Positions 63,630 to 64,000 of a stretch of 64,000 nt of DNA are shown piece after piece. The notes below the pieces were generated by a model, which did no database searches, had not been told where the DNA came from, and saw only the letters and a program-made list of their open reading frames with translations. Source of the stretch: Pristiophorus japonicus (taxonomy: Eukaryota); the NCBI RefSeq assembly GCF_044704955.1, contig NC_091981.1:48298001-48362000 (forward strand). Reading direction: 5' to 3'. The stretch's first letter is position 1, and the number at the start of each line of letters is the position of its first letter. The position numbers were made by a program, and so were the translations under genes.

Positions 63630-64000
63630 ACAACAATGTATATTTATATTGAGGTAGGTTTTAAAGAACGTCTTAAAGGAGGAAAGAGAGGTGGAGAGGT
63701 TTTTTCAGGGAATTCCAGAGGTTAGGGCCTAGGCAACAGAAGGCACGGCCACCACTGGTTGAGCAGTTCTAATCAGGGATGCTCAAGAGGGCAGAATTAG
63801 GAATTTTTCATTTTTTTGGGGGGGGCATTGAAGGAGATTAGAGATAGGGAGGGCAAGGCCATGGAGGGATTTGAAAACAAGGATGAGAATTTTGAAATTG
63901 AAGCATTGCTTAACCGGGAGCCAAGGGGGATGGGTGAATGGAACTTGGTGCGAGTTAGGACACGGGCAGCTGAGTTTTGGATCACCTTAAGTTTATGTAG
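63630..64000 (-). mobile_element. L2-type LINE 3' fragment in a C6orf62 intron
   Basis: IQNSAARVLTRTK motif; homologous to 24878-25085 and 32480-32853. Confidence 0.75.

Overview
Repeat-dense vertebrate genomic DNA, probably a shark or other cartilaginous fish (inferred from the CR1/L2/RTE/tRNA-SINE repertoire, not proven). Two host genes are supported: a complete geminin gene (GMNN, minus strand, six coding exons, 215 aa, 41547-49086) and the first coding exon of C6orf62 (plus strand, 63317-63445). They are divergently oriented, with a full-length Tx1-type LINE between their promoters. The left half is deeply nested mobile DNA: Gypsy LTR elements and solo LTRs, Harbinger/PIF transposons and MITEs, CR1, L2 and a G-rich minisatellite. 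The most notable signal is a Tx1-clade retrotransposon without a poly(A) tail. Six copies are stacked head-to-tail at one 13-bp site (TGTAGAGCTGTTG) inside a solo LTR, and a further 55-bp tail of the same type sits at a related site (TGTAGACCATGTA) in the LTR of a different Gypsy element, suggesting a sequence-specific LINE that targets LTRs. A second oddity is a poly(A)-tailed retroposed fragment carrying U2 snRNA 3' and 5' segments in permuted order. All calls come from reading the sequence by eye; no database search was run.
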